Assembly (NCBI GenBank): GCA_035605955.1
Contig: DATNGI010000066.1
Location: 14,495 to 78,494 of the forward strand
Length of the DNA stretch: 64,000 bases
Source: Rhizomicrobium sp.
GTDB lineage: Bacteria; Pseudomonadota; Alphaproteobacteria; Micropepsales; Micropepsaceae
Direction: 5' to 3'
Positions 47,638 to 55,841 of this stretch are shown one piece after another. A program made the position numbers and the translations under genes. Each line of letters starts with the position of its first letter. The stretch's first letter is position 1. The notes beneath the pieces are model-generated. The model searched no databases. It had not been told where the DNA came from and saw nothing but the letters and a program-made list of their open reading frames with translations.

Positions 47638-47990
47638 AAAAGCTCGCGCTTTCGATTCTCTTCACGGTGGTGCTTCCAGGTTGCACCGCATTGGTGGCAC
47701 AGCAGGAGCAGATGCTGGACGATGCCGGCTTCCGGGCGCTTCCGGTTGATACGCCCGAGCGCCAGGCGATGCTGACCCGCCTGCCGTCACGCCAGTTCGT
47801 GCGCCGCATGAACGGGTCTTTCTTTACCTACACTTATGCCGATCCCCTGGTCTGCAACTGCCTCTATGTCGGATCGGAATTCGCCTATGCGGCCTATCGC
47901 CGGCTGGCGAGAGCACACGGCAGCAGCGCGTTTCAGGGCGTTCCCGCTTATAATCCGCCGCCGAACCCCGCGCTGACGGCACCGCGCTAG
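47634..47990 (+). CDS. Small lipoprotein
   Basis: LPGC lipobox; ML..AGF...P..TP.R and Y.YADP..CNCLYVG; ATGA coupling. Confidence 0.75.
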   Translation: MKKLALSILFTVVLPGCTALVAQQEQMLDDAGFRALPVDTPERQAMLTRLPSRQFVRRMNGSFFTYTYADPLVCNCLYVGSEFAYAAYRRLARAHGSSAFQGVPAYNPPPNPALTAPR

Positions 47991-48016
47991 GCGGCACGAC
48001 GGAGCGAGCTGCGTCC

Positions 48017-48658
48017 TTAGTCCGCCTCCCGCAAGACCGTCTTCAAATCCTGTTTTTCCTTGTCCCAGCGCTCGCGCTCCATCCGGGCGCGGCGGTCGAG
48101 CGTGTCGCGTTCCTTCTCGATTGCGGCCATCGCCGCCTCATGCCGCGCTTCGGCGCGCTCCAGCGCGGCTCGCGCCTTTTCGGCCTCGCGTTCGCGCCTG
48201 GCTTGTTCCTTCTCCTGCCGCGCCTCTTCGCGCGCCGCTTCTTTCGCCCGCGCCCGTTCGCGCCGCGCTTTCTCCTTTTCGAAAGAGATGATCGCGGCCG
48301 GGGATTGTTTTCTGTCCGGCTTTGCCGGCTCGGGCCGGGCCTTGCGCCGGGACGCTTTTTTCTCTGGCGCCCGCGCCTTGGGCAACTCGCCGCTGGGAGG
48401 CGAGAGCGACCAGTCTTTGGGCAGCACGGCCTTTTCCTGGAAGGGTCCTTTGCTGCCCACCGGCCGCTTCAGCACCACCCCAGGTTTTTCCATCGTTGCC
48501 GCCACGATCTTGGGATCTTCGGTCTCGCGCGCGAAGCCCTGGTGGAAGGCATTGTGCCCCATGCCCCAGGCCTCCAGCGCCGCCTTCATCGACGGGGCGG
48601 CAAGCGCCAGTTCGAAGAAACCCAGATTGGTGATGTAGGTTCGAAGCTTGCGGGGCAT
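48017..48658 (-). CDS. Conserved hypothetical protein with charged coiled-coil C-terminus
   Basis: RKL.TY.T..GFFELA.AAPSMKAAL.AWG...N.FHQG.A, then an E/K/R/A-rich helix. Confidence 0.85.
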   Translation of the reverse strand: MPRKLRTYITNLGFFELALAAPSMKAALEAWGMGHNAFHQGFARETEDPKIVAATMEKPGVVLKRPVGSKGPFQEKAVLPKDWSLSPPSGELPKARAPEKKASRRKARPEPAKPDRKQSPAAIISFEKEKARRERARAKEAAREEARQEKEQARREREAEKARAALERAEARHEAAMAAIEKERDTLDRRARMERERWDKEKQDLKTVLREAD

Positions 48659-48776
48659 TTATCTCACCGGTCTTCTTTGCGCCTCGCTCTTGCTCGGCGC
48701 GTTCGTTGCTTTCGCAGGTCCCCCGGACCTGCTCATGGCGCTGCGCACCACCGCGCCTCACAGCTTGCGGGGCATT
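48645..48776 (-). repeat. Structured repeat family A copy (48679-48761) flanked by a 15-bp direct repeat
   Basis: AGCTTGCGGGGCATT at 48645-59 and 48762-76; the core shares 23 identical nt with copy 1; hairpin-3 stem is GCGCC/GGCGC. Confidence 0.9.
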
Positions 48777-48854
48777 CACACACCGAGAGTGTGCCTCTCT
48801 TTATATATAGAGAAGGCCGGACTAGGTTCCCGGAACCCTTGGTGGAGGATGCGG

Positions 48855-49895
48855 ATGATGGGACGGCTGGCCATGGCCGCGTTCGTTGGCCTGCTCCTGG
48901 CCTCGCCGGCACTTTGGGCTGCGCCGGCTCTGGCAGGCGAGCCGATCCATGAAGAATCTTTCGTCCGCATTGGCGGCATTGACCAATGGATCACCGTCAC
49001 GGGGCAGGACCGCGACAATCCCGTGCTGCTGCTGCTGCATGGCGGGCCCGGCGTCACCTTCACGCCCAATGCGGAGGCGATGTTCCAGGGCTGGGACAAG
49101 GATTTCACCCTGGTCGAGTGGGACCAGCGCGGCGCGGGGCGCACCTTCACCAGGAATGGCGGCGAGGCGATCGCGCCCACCATGAGCTTGGATCGCATGG
49201 TTCAGGACGGCATCGAGGTCGCGCGCTATGCGGCGGATCATCTCTCCAAGAAGAAAGTGATCCTGTTGGGCGCGTCCTGGGGCTCGATCCTGGGCGTGCA
49301 CATGATCCATCAACGGCCGGATCTGTTTTCCGCTTATGTCGGCCCGGACCAGATCGTCAATGCGCAGAAGAATGCGGCCTTGGTCTATGCCCGGGTGCTG
49401 GCGATGGCGAAGACCGCCAAGGATGACGCCTCCGTGGCGGCGCTGGAAAAGATCGGACCGCCAGTGGAATGGAAAAGCCTCGCCGACTTCCTGGCGTATA
49501 ACACTGTGGAACAGACCTATCAGCAGCAACTCGCGCCCCGCCCGGCCGATCCTCCCGTCAGTCCCGCCTATGCCGCGCCGGAAGAGCGCGGCGCGCGGGC
49601 CAAGGCGATCGGCTTCAGCACGCAGCTTTTCTTCGGCGATCATATGGAAGGCCCACTCGCCCACACCGACCTGCCGGCGCTGGGCATGACGGTTAAGGTG
49701 CCCGTCTTTGTGATCCAAGGCGAGCACGACATGACGGCGCTGCCAGAGTTGGCGCGCGCCTTCGTGGCGGATTTGAACGCGCCCAGGAAAGGCTTTTATC
49801 TTCTGCCCGGCGCGGGCCATGCGCCGGGGCCGGAACTTTGGGCCTTAACGCACAAAGTGCTGCTGGAAGAGGTGCGGCCCCTGGCGCGGGAATAG
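48855..49895 (+). CDS. Secreted alpha/beta hydrolase, proline iminopeptidase (S33)-like
   Basis: IGGI.QWI...G.D..NP.LL.LHGGPG; WDQRGAG.T; GASWGS; AGH. Confidence 0.9.
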   Translation: MMGRLAMAAFVGLLLASPALWAAPALAGEPIHEESFVRIGGIDQWITVTGQDRDNPVLLLLHGGPGVTFTPNAEAMFQGWDKDFTLVEWDQRGAGRTFTRNGGEAIAPTMSLDRMVQDGIEVARYAADHLSKKKVILLGASWGSILGVHMIHQRPDLFSAYVGPDQIVNAQKNAALVYARVLAMAKTAKDDASVAALEKIGPPVEWKSLADFLAYNTVEQTYQQQLAPRPADPPVSPAYAAPEERGARAKAIGFSTQLFFGDHMEGPLAHTDLPALGMTVKVPVFVIQGEHDMTALPELARAFVADLNAPRKGFYLLPGAGHAPGPELWALTHKVLLEEVRPLARE

Positions 49896-49961
49896 CCGCC
49901 CCATGTCTTTATATATAGCGCGCACGGACTTAAGATTCGCGCGTCTCCGGGGGAAGCGGAC

Positions 49962-50321
49962 ATGCGGAGGATGGCGTTGGGCGTGGCGGCGTTGATCTTG
50001 CCGCTTCTGATGGGTCGCGCCGTGGCACAGGATGCGGGTGCCTGGCGCACCGAATCCAGTGAGCAGTTCCGCCAGGGTTTCGTGGCGGGCATTGCCTCCT
50101 ATCTGCGCGATTACGGCGGCGGCTTCAGTGCACAGGCGATGCGCGCGGGCTATGCCGATTGCCTGGCGGGGGAGACCGACCGCTCGCTGCTGGATGTGGT
50201 GGACATCTGGCTCGACGCGCATCGGGAAGCGGCCGCCTACGCCCCCAGCGTCGCGGTGCAGATGGCGCTCAACGATTATTGCAACGGCTTCACGCCCAAT
50301 AGACCGCGGATGCCGCAGTAG
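49962..50321 (+). CDS. Secreted helical protein, possibly Rap1a/Tai/HdeA-like
   Basis: Signal peptide; F..GI...L, C......L...V..WL..H.E and AL..YC pattern. Confidence 0.5.
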   Translation: MRRMALGVAALILPLLMGRAVAQDAGAWRTESSEQFRQGFVAGIASYLRDYGGGFSAQAMRAGYADCLAGETDRSLLDVVDIWLDAHREAAAYAPSVAVQMALNDYCNGFTPNRPRMPQ

Positions 50322-50488
50322 TGAGCGCCGACCCGAAGGGGCGAAATGGTCCAGTGGACCATTTCGAGGCGCGAACGCCCCGAGCCCTAGCGAGGGGCAG
50401 CGGCAACAAGCGACAAACGCCGCGAGCACGAGCGAGCGGTTGCGCAGTGCTGACGAGTGGAAACGGTCACGCAGTGGCGACCGGAAAC
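50321..50488 (+). repeat. Structured repeat family A, copy 3 (extended)
   Basis: CGAAATGGTCC.AGT.GGACCATTTCG; GCCCC-GA-GC-CCTA-GC-GA-GGGGC; second tandem-GA hairpin at 50420-39; CGCAGTGGCGAC at 50470-81. Confidence 0.85.
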
Positions 50489-50490
50489 TT

Positions 50491-51846
50491 TTACTTCGGC
50501 GCTTCCAGCATCCCGATCAGCGGGCGATTGAGCAGTAGCGCCAAACTTCCGCCCGCCGCCGCGATGGCGGCATGCAGCGCCCAGAATTGCGCCGGCGTCA
50601 TGTGTTCGTAGAAAGAGCCCAGCCAGCCCAAACTGACATTGCCGAGGAAGAGAGACAGGAACGCGCACCCCATCAAGGTCGATTTCAAGCCCTGGGGTGC
50701 GGCGCGCGACACCAGCGCCAGCAAGGTCGGCCAATAATAGAGAAAGGCCACGCCCAGGAGAATGTCGTAGGCCAGCGGCACCCAGGCCGGCACCGGATTC
50801 AGTCCCCAGATGCCCGCCACCAGGATGAGGTTCGCGGCGCACGCGATGAAGGCGCCGGTCGCGATCTTGACGATCTCATTGGGCTCGCCGTCATGACTGT
50901 CCTGCCAGCGCCACAGCGCGAACAGGGGCGCCACCGCCAGGATGCTGACAAAAGGATCGATCGATGCGAACCAGGCGGTGGGAATGTGAAAGCCCAGCAG
51001 GTCCAAATTCACATAGCGATCGATCCAGACCAGATTGATATTGGTGTTCTGGTAATAGGCGATGGAGTGCGGCACGGTCAGCATCATCACCACGACCAGG
51101 GCGGCGATGGCGCGCCACTCGAGCGCCGTCATCGGCGTGGTGCGGTGGGCGGAGCGCGGCGTCTCCTGCGTCAAGAGCTTGTAGCCCGCGAGATAGGTCA
51201 CCAGACCCAGGATCATCAGCAATCCGGCAAGGCCGAAGCCTGCATGCCAGCCAAAATATTGCGCTACGATCCCGCAGCCCAGGGGCCCGGTCACCGCGCC
51301 GACATTGATGCCCATGGAATAGATCGAGAAGCCGCGCGTGCGTCCCGGGCCGTCGGCTTCGGCATAAAGCTCGCCCACCTGGGCTGAGATATTGCCCTTC
51401 AAAAGGCCGCATCCGATGATCAAGAGCGCCAGCGCGGCGAGGAATGAAACGTCGAACGCCATGGCGATGTGGCCGGTGCTCATCAAGCCCGCGCCCAGCA
51501 CCACGGCGTTGCGACGCCCGATCCAGCGGTCGGCGACCACCCCGCCCAAGGCCGGCGTGAAATAAACCAGGCCGGTGTAAAGACCCAATACCTGAGAAGC
51601 CAGAGCCAAATTGCTCATGGGGCCGAAGACCCGCTCCAGCACGGCGCGAAAGGCGGCGAAGCCCGCGACATGCTCGACATGGCCGGGCAACAGAAGCTGC
51701 TGGCTTATGTAAAGCACCAGCAGCGCCGTCATGCCGTAATAAGAGAAACGCTCCCAGGCTTCGGTGAAGGAGAGATAGCCCAGCGCGGCCGGTTCGCCCA
51801 GGAAGGTGCGCTGGCTCGCGACCGGCGGCCTCGAATGTTCGTCCAT
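50491..51846 (-). CDS. POT/PTR family proton-dependent oligopeptide transporter
   Basis: FTEAWERFSYYGM, G..VADR.IG.R, G.GLLK.NIS and F.IYSMGINVG motifs. Confidence 0.95.
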   Translation of the reverse strand: MDEHSRPPVASQRTFLGEPAALGYLSFTEAWERFSYYGMTALLVLYISQQLLLPGHVEHVAGFAAFRAVLERVFGPMSNLALASQVLGLYTGLVYFTPALGGVVADRWIGRRNAVVLGAGLMSTGHIAMAFDVSFLAALALLIIGCGLLKGNISAQVGELYAEADGPGRTRGFSIYSMGINVGAVTGPLGCGIVAQYFGWHAGFGLAGLLMILGLVTYLAGYKLLTQETPRSAHRTTPMTALEWRAIAALVVVMMLTVPHSIAYYQNTNINLVWIDRYVNLDLLGFHIPTAWFASIDPFVSILAVAPLFALWRWQDSHDGEPNEIVKIATGAFIACAANLILVAGIWGLNPVPAWVPLAYDILLGVAFLYYWPTLLALVSRAAPQGLKSTLMGCAFLSLFLGNVSLGWLGSFYEHMTPAQFWALHAAIAAAGGSLALLLNRPLIGMLEAPK

Positions 51847-51934
51847 CGTGGCGGTCAATGCGTCTCCCTGGGCGGACAGATAAGACGCTTATAAGACGCC
51901 AAATCCGCGCTGGGGTCTATCGGCGAAGCCTTCA

Positions 51935-52019
51935 GTCGCCACTGCGCCGAGGCAATCCCTTGCTTGCGCACCCGCACGCTGCCGCTACGGACGTTTCGCT
52001 AGCGCGAAACGCTGCTCAC
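51935..52019 (-). repeat. Divergent/partial family A element
   Basis: Minus strand GTGAGCAGCG-TTTCGC.GCTA.GCGAAA-CG start and CGCAGTGGCGAC shared with copy 3. Confidence 0.6.
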
Positions 52020-53950
52020 ATATCCACGATCAGCCGCACCGCGACATGGCGACCGCTGTCGCCCCAGATGTCATAGGTGCCGCCGTCGCTGACATCCCAG
52101 CTGCGCTCGTCGAGAATATTCTGCAGCCACAGGCGCAGCGAAGCGGGATAGCCGCCCAAGGTCATCTGATAACGCAGATCGGCGTTCAAGAGCGTGCGAT
52201 CGGGAATCACGGTGTCGCCCAACAGCACCGAGGCGATGTTGCTTTCATGGGCGACTTCCATGCCCAAGGTGATGTCGTGCAGGCCCGGCGGCGTCCAGTT
52301 GGCGTTGACGTCATAGCGTTGCGACGGAATGCCGACCGGCCGGTGCCCGACCAGGCCTTGCACCACGCCTTGGCCGCCGACTTTGGGTTCGGACCACAGC
52401 GCGCCCGCCACGATGTCCAATCCTTCGGTCAGGCTGCCATTGACCGACAGCTCCAGGCCCTGATTGTCGATCTGGCCTAGCTGGGTGAAGAGAGCGGTGG
52501 AGTCCAGATTGAAGTAGGGCTTCTGAATGTCGAAATAGCCCGCCACCATGCTGACATCCGCTCCCAGTTGCAGGCGCAGGCCGCCCTCTTTCTGGTCGGT
52601 GGCGATGGCGGGAAGCGCCTGGTTGCGGTTGGTGGCGTTCTGGGGCGCAAGGCCATTGTCCTCCAACCCTTGCGTGTAATCGGCGAAGGCGACCACGCCG
52701 TCCCACACATTGGCGGTGGCCGAGGCGCTGAGCAGCAAGGGATCGCTCTTGATCACGGTGGGCGCTTCGCCCGGCACCAGAGTGCGCTTGCGGTAGGCGG
52801 GCTTCTGGACGCCAAAACCCAAAGTGCCCACGTCCTTCCAGGCCATCTGATAAGAAAAGCCTGGGCGTGTCTCGCCGATATGATCGCGGGTCTGTTCGGT
52901 GAAGGCGAAAGCAGGCTCGGGCGTGGTGACGCGTTGGCCGATGCCGATGAGGCCCAGATCCTCGGTGTCCGAGCCGCCGTAAAGCGCGTTGTAGTCGCGG
53001 ATGCGCAAGGACAATGTGGCGCGATGGGCGATGGGGCCGGTGACCATCGTGTGTTCCAGCCGCGCTTCGCCCGAAGCCGAGGCCCAGACCGACGGCGGGT
53101 CGGAGGTGGCGTTGAGATCGCCCACGCCCAACGGCGTCAAATCGTCCAGCTCCAGATAGATATTGTGCGGCTTCCTGGCGAGCGAGCGGAAGGCGCCTAG
53201 CTTGAACGCCCAGTCTTTCGCGAAATCGTAATGCAGCAGGATGCCGTAATTGCTGTCGAACTCCCGGTTGAGCGCCCAGTCGGGACCGAAGAAATGCCGG
53301 CCTGGATTGCGCGGCGGCAAGAAATCGCCAGCAGGCGCGTAATTCTCTTGGGTATGGGCGTCGTATTGATCCGACCGCGACCAGAAAGGGATGACGGCAA
53401 GGCCGGGGATCGGCGTCCAGCGCGCCAAGGCGCCTGTGCTCGCCGTGTAGTTGGAATAGCCGCTGGCATCGACCGGCCTAAACAGGCCCGCGCCCAAACC
53501 CAAGGCCAGCGTGTCGGTGACGGCCACGGCGCCGTCCAACTCCAGCGAGCCCATGCCGCGGGTGTCGATCTCCGCCAGGCTGGAAAGATGGTTGGCGCCG
53601 TCGGGCATGCGCAGCACATAATCGACCACGCCGGTTGGGGCGGGGAAGGCATAGCCTTGGGCCGCGATGCCCACCCGGATGGCGGAGGATTCCCGAAGCC
53701 GCGAATTCAGCCGCGACACTTGGTCGAAATAAAGCCCGTCGATGCGGGCATTGCCGGCCAAGATGGGCGAGAAGCCGCGCACGTCGAAATTGGAATAAAG
53801 CCCGATATGCTCATTGCCCACGCTGACGCCGAACGCGTCGCTGGCGGCGCTGACCGCGTTCTCGCTGGCGCGCTGGGCAAACGCGCGGCCGGCCGCGAGC
53901 GGCACAAGGGCCGCCGCCAGCAAAAGCGTGGTGATTGCGCGCGAATTCAT
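52016..53950 (-). CDS. TonB-dependent receptor (compact)
   Basis: Signal peptide; plug with VRGFS...GNARIDGLYF; G.V.Y..R; barrel strands; KPYFN and N..D motifs. Confidence 0.88.
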   Translation of the reverse strand: MNSRAITTLLLAAALVPLAAGRAFAQRASENAVSAASDAFGVSVGNEHIGLYSNFDVRGFSPILAGNARIDGLYFDQVSRLNSRLRESSAIRVGIAAQGYAFPAPTGVVDYVLRMPDGANHLSSLAEIDTRGMGSLELDGAVAVTDTLALGLGAGLFRPVDASGYSNYTASTGALARWTPIPGLAVIPFWSRSDQYDAHTQENYAPAGDFLPPRNPGRHFFGPDWALNREFDSNYGILLHYDFAKDWAFKLGAFRSLARKPHNIYLELDDLTPLGVGDLNATSDPPSVWASASGEARLEHTMVTGPIAHRATLSLRIRDYNALYGGSDTEDLGLIGIGQRVTTPEPAFAFTEQTRDHIGETRPGFSYQMAWKDVGTLGFGVQKPAYRKRTLVPGEAPTVIKSDPLLLSASATANVWDGVVAFADYTQGLEDNGLAPQNATNRNQALPAIATDQKEGGLRLQLGADVSMVAGYFDIQKPYFNLDSTALFTQLGQIDNQGLELSVNGSLTEGLDIVAGALWSEPKVGGQGVVQGLVGHRPVGIPSQRYDVNANWTPPGLHDITLGMEVAHESNIASVLLGDTVIPDRTLLNADLRYQMTLGGYPASLRLWLQNILDERSWDVSDGGTYDIWGDSGRHVAVRLIVDM

Positions 53951-54068
53951 CAGCTTCCCCTGTCCGGTCACGGTTATCCCCGTGTTGGAAACACCGGTAA
54001 CATAAATTCAAGACGGAATCGACAAAGGCGCCGGGCGGATCGACCGGCAACAGCGCCGCGCGACGCGC

Positions 54069-54116
54069 AAAGAAAAGGCGGCGGCCCCGAAGCCGAACTT
54101 CGGGCAGCCGCCGCCT
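54069..54116 (-). terminator. Intrinsic terminator of 54130..54732
   Basis: GGCGGCGG/CCGCCGCC outer stem, CCCGAAG/CTTCGGG inner stem, minus-strand TTTTCTTT tail. Confidence 0.7.
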
Positions 54117-54129
54117 CATTCAAGATGCT

Positions 54130-54732
54130 TTAGCGATGGTGGTCGCGATCACCACGGTCGCCGCGATCACCACGATCGTCATGGTGTTCGTCGCGGAAGC
54201 CACGGCGGTCCTCGCGGAAGTCGCGGCGGTCTTCACGGAAGTCGCGGCGATCCTCGCGGAAATCGCGACGGTCTTCACGGATCTCGCGACCGCGCCAATG
54301 GGCGTTGCCCCAGCCGCGATCCCAATGACCACCGCGCCAGCCAAAGCCTTCGCCATGGTCCCAATCGAAGCGCGTGCGGTCCCAGCCGTTCCAGGCCTGC
54401 CAGCCGCCGCGATACCAGAACATCGGCCTGCCATTGTACCAGCGATAATAATGCGGGCCGCCGATCGAGATGCCGCCCAGCACGATCGGGCCGTCATAGA
54501 CCGAATAGCCGCAATCGCCATTGTAATAGTAGTTGTAGCCGTCGCAGGGGCCGGGCGGGTAATAGCCGGGGCCGTAATAATAAGCGGGCGCGGGCCCGCC
54601 GATGCCCACACCCGCATGCACATCCGGCCCGCCGATGCCGACGCCGATATGCACTTGGGCATTGGCCGGGGCCGAGGCCATCAAGCCGGCCGCCATCAAC
54701 GCGGGGGCGGCGATCTTCATCCATCTTTTCAT
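54130..54732 (-). CDS. Secreted protein with Gly/Tyr-rich domain and (EDRRDFR)n tail
   Basis: Signal MKRWMKIAAPALMAAGLMASAPANA; YDGP....G.W..GP.YYRW; charged repeats. Confidence 0.8.
   Translation of the reverse strand: MKRWMKIAAPALMAAGLMASAPANAQVHIGVGIGGPDVHAGVGIGGPAPAYYYGPGYYPPGPCDGYNYYYNGDCGYSVYDGPIVLGGISIGGPHYYRWYNGRPMFWYRGGWQAWNGWDRTRFDWDHGEGFGWRGGHWDRGWGNAHWRGREIREDRRDFREDRRDFREDRRDFREDRRGFRDEHHDDRGDRGDRGDRDHHR
54191..54288. repeat. 21-bp coding tandem repeat, ~4.6 copies
   Basis: Encodes (R-E-D-R-R-D-F)n on the minus strand. Confidence 0.9.
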
Positions 54733-54893
54733 CTGTTTATCCCTTCTTGAATGTCCGCCGATGCGGCGGGGAGGCACGATCGTCAGTCTAAGCGCCAATC
54801 ATGAACGGCTTCCTGACCGGCCGTTCATCGCACGTTCATGAGAATAGGCCGGGAAATATGGCCCTTGTCGGGCGCTTGTCCTAGAATCTGACA

Positions 54894-55451
54894 ATGAGCA
54901 GCGCCCCGCCCGATCCCGCCGTCTGGATTCCTCAAGTCTTGCACTTTTGGTTCGAGCAGCTTTCTCCCGAGGACTGGTTCGCGGGCAAGCCGGAGCTGGA
55001 CGATATTATCTGGGATCGGTTCGGCGATCTGAGACAGGATCTGAAAGCCAACCCGCCCGATCCCGCCGATCTGGATGGGCGTGGCCATGTCGCCGCGGTG
55101 ATCGTGTTCGATCAATTCTCCCGCAACATGTTCCGCCGTTCGCCCGAAGCTTTCGCCACCGATGCTTTGGCGCTGGCGCTGGCCGAGGATGCAATCGCGC
55201 GCAATCTGGATCTGGCGCTGCATCCGCGCGAGCAGCACATGCTCTATATGCCCTTCATGCATGCGGAGGACCGCGGCTTGCAAGAAAAGTCGGTCGCGCT
55301 GTTCGCGCGGCTGGGCGTTCCGGGCCTGTTGCCCTTTGCCGAACAGCACAGGGCGGTGATCGACCGCTTCGGCCGCTTTCCTCATCGCAACAAGGCGCTG
55401 AAGCGCGAGTCGACGCCTGAGGAGATTGCGTTCTTGAACGCGAAGCCGTGA
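54894..55451 (+). CDS. DUF924 family protein
   Basis: VL.FWF, W......D..I..RF, VI..DQFSRN..R, F.YMP.MH.E and RFGRFPHRN motifs. Confidence 0.95.
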   Translation: MSSAPPDPAVWIPQVLHFWFEQLSPEDWFAGKPELDDIIWDRFGDLRQDLKANPPDPADLDGRGHVAAVIVFDQFSRNMFRRSPEAFATDALALALAEDAIARNLDLALHPREQHMLYMPFMHAEDRGLQEKSVALFARLGVPGLLPFAEQHRAVIDRFGRFPHRNKALKRESTPEEIAFLNAKP

Positions 55452-55598
55452 TGCGCGCCGCGCGAGTTCCCTGACAGTTGACCACGCTGTTGCCTGTTTC
55501 GGTGTTCTCGCGACACAGTGTGAGTATCAGGCCACGACGGGAACTCACAGAAAATTATCCGCGTGCGCGCGCGGAGCGAGGTTGCTAGCGTGCCGCGC

Positions 55599-55832
55599 AT
55601 GACAGACACAAATTGGTATGCCGAAGCCTCGCTCTCCTGTGAAACTCATGTTTTCGCCGCCGGCTCGCTGGCGCAATGTGTGCGAAGATGGATCCGGCTC
55701 GACGATAATTATCGTGCGCGGACACGAATCCGGATGGGCGGCCGCACCGGCCATTTTGTGTACGGCCTTCCCATCCTGAGCCCGGCCGAGATCACGGAGC
55801 TGGCGAGCAGTCCTGATCTCGACAAGGTCTGA
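55599..55832 (+). CDS. Small hypothetical protein
   Basis: 77-aa ORF with protein-like composition. Confidence 0.5.
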   Translation: MTDTNWYAEASLSCETHVFAAGSLAQCVRRWIRLDDNYRARTRIRMGGRTGHFVYGLPILSPAEITELASSPDLDKV

Positions 55833-55841
55833 TGCGGCGTC

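Noticed and set aside
48017-48658. TolA annotation
   Set aside because: No N-terminal TM anchor or TolA C-terminal domain; only the charged helix is similar, and there is no tol-pal context
48648-48854. 207-nt N-terminal extension of the S33 hydrolase in the ORF track (similar extensions at 3235, 6019, 17929, 31407, 35959, 61690)
   Set aside because: The extensions run through repeats or neighbouring genes; internal starts have an RBS and a signal peptide
53951-54070. Cobalamin riboswitch upstream of the TonB receptor
   Set aside because: The region is too short and lacks the B12-box and GGGAA/GCCACTG signatures
55463-55546. GAGTTCCC/GGGAACTC-closed structure as a riboswitch
   Set aside because: Only an 8-bp closing stem with weak inner pairing and no recognisable aptamer motif
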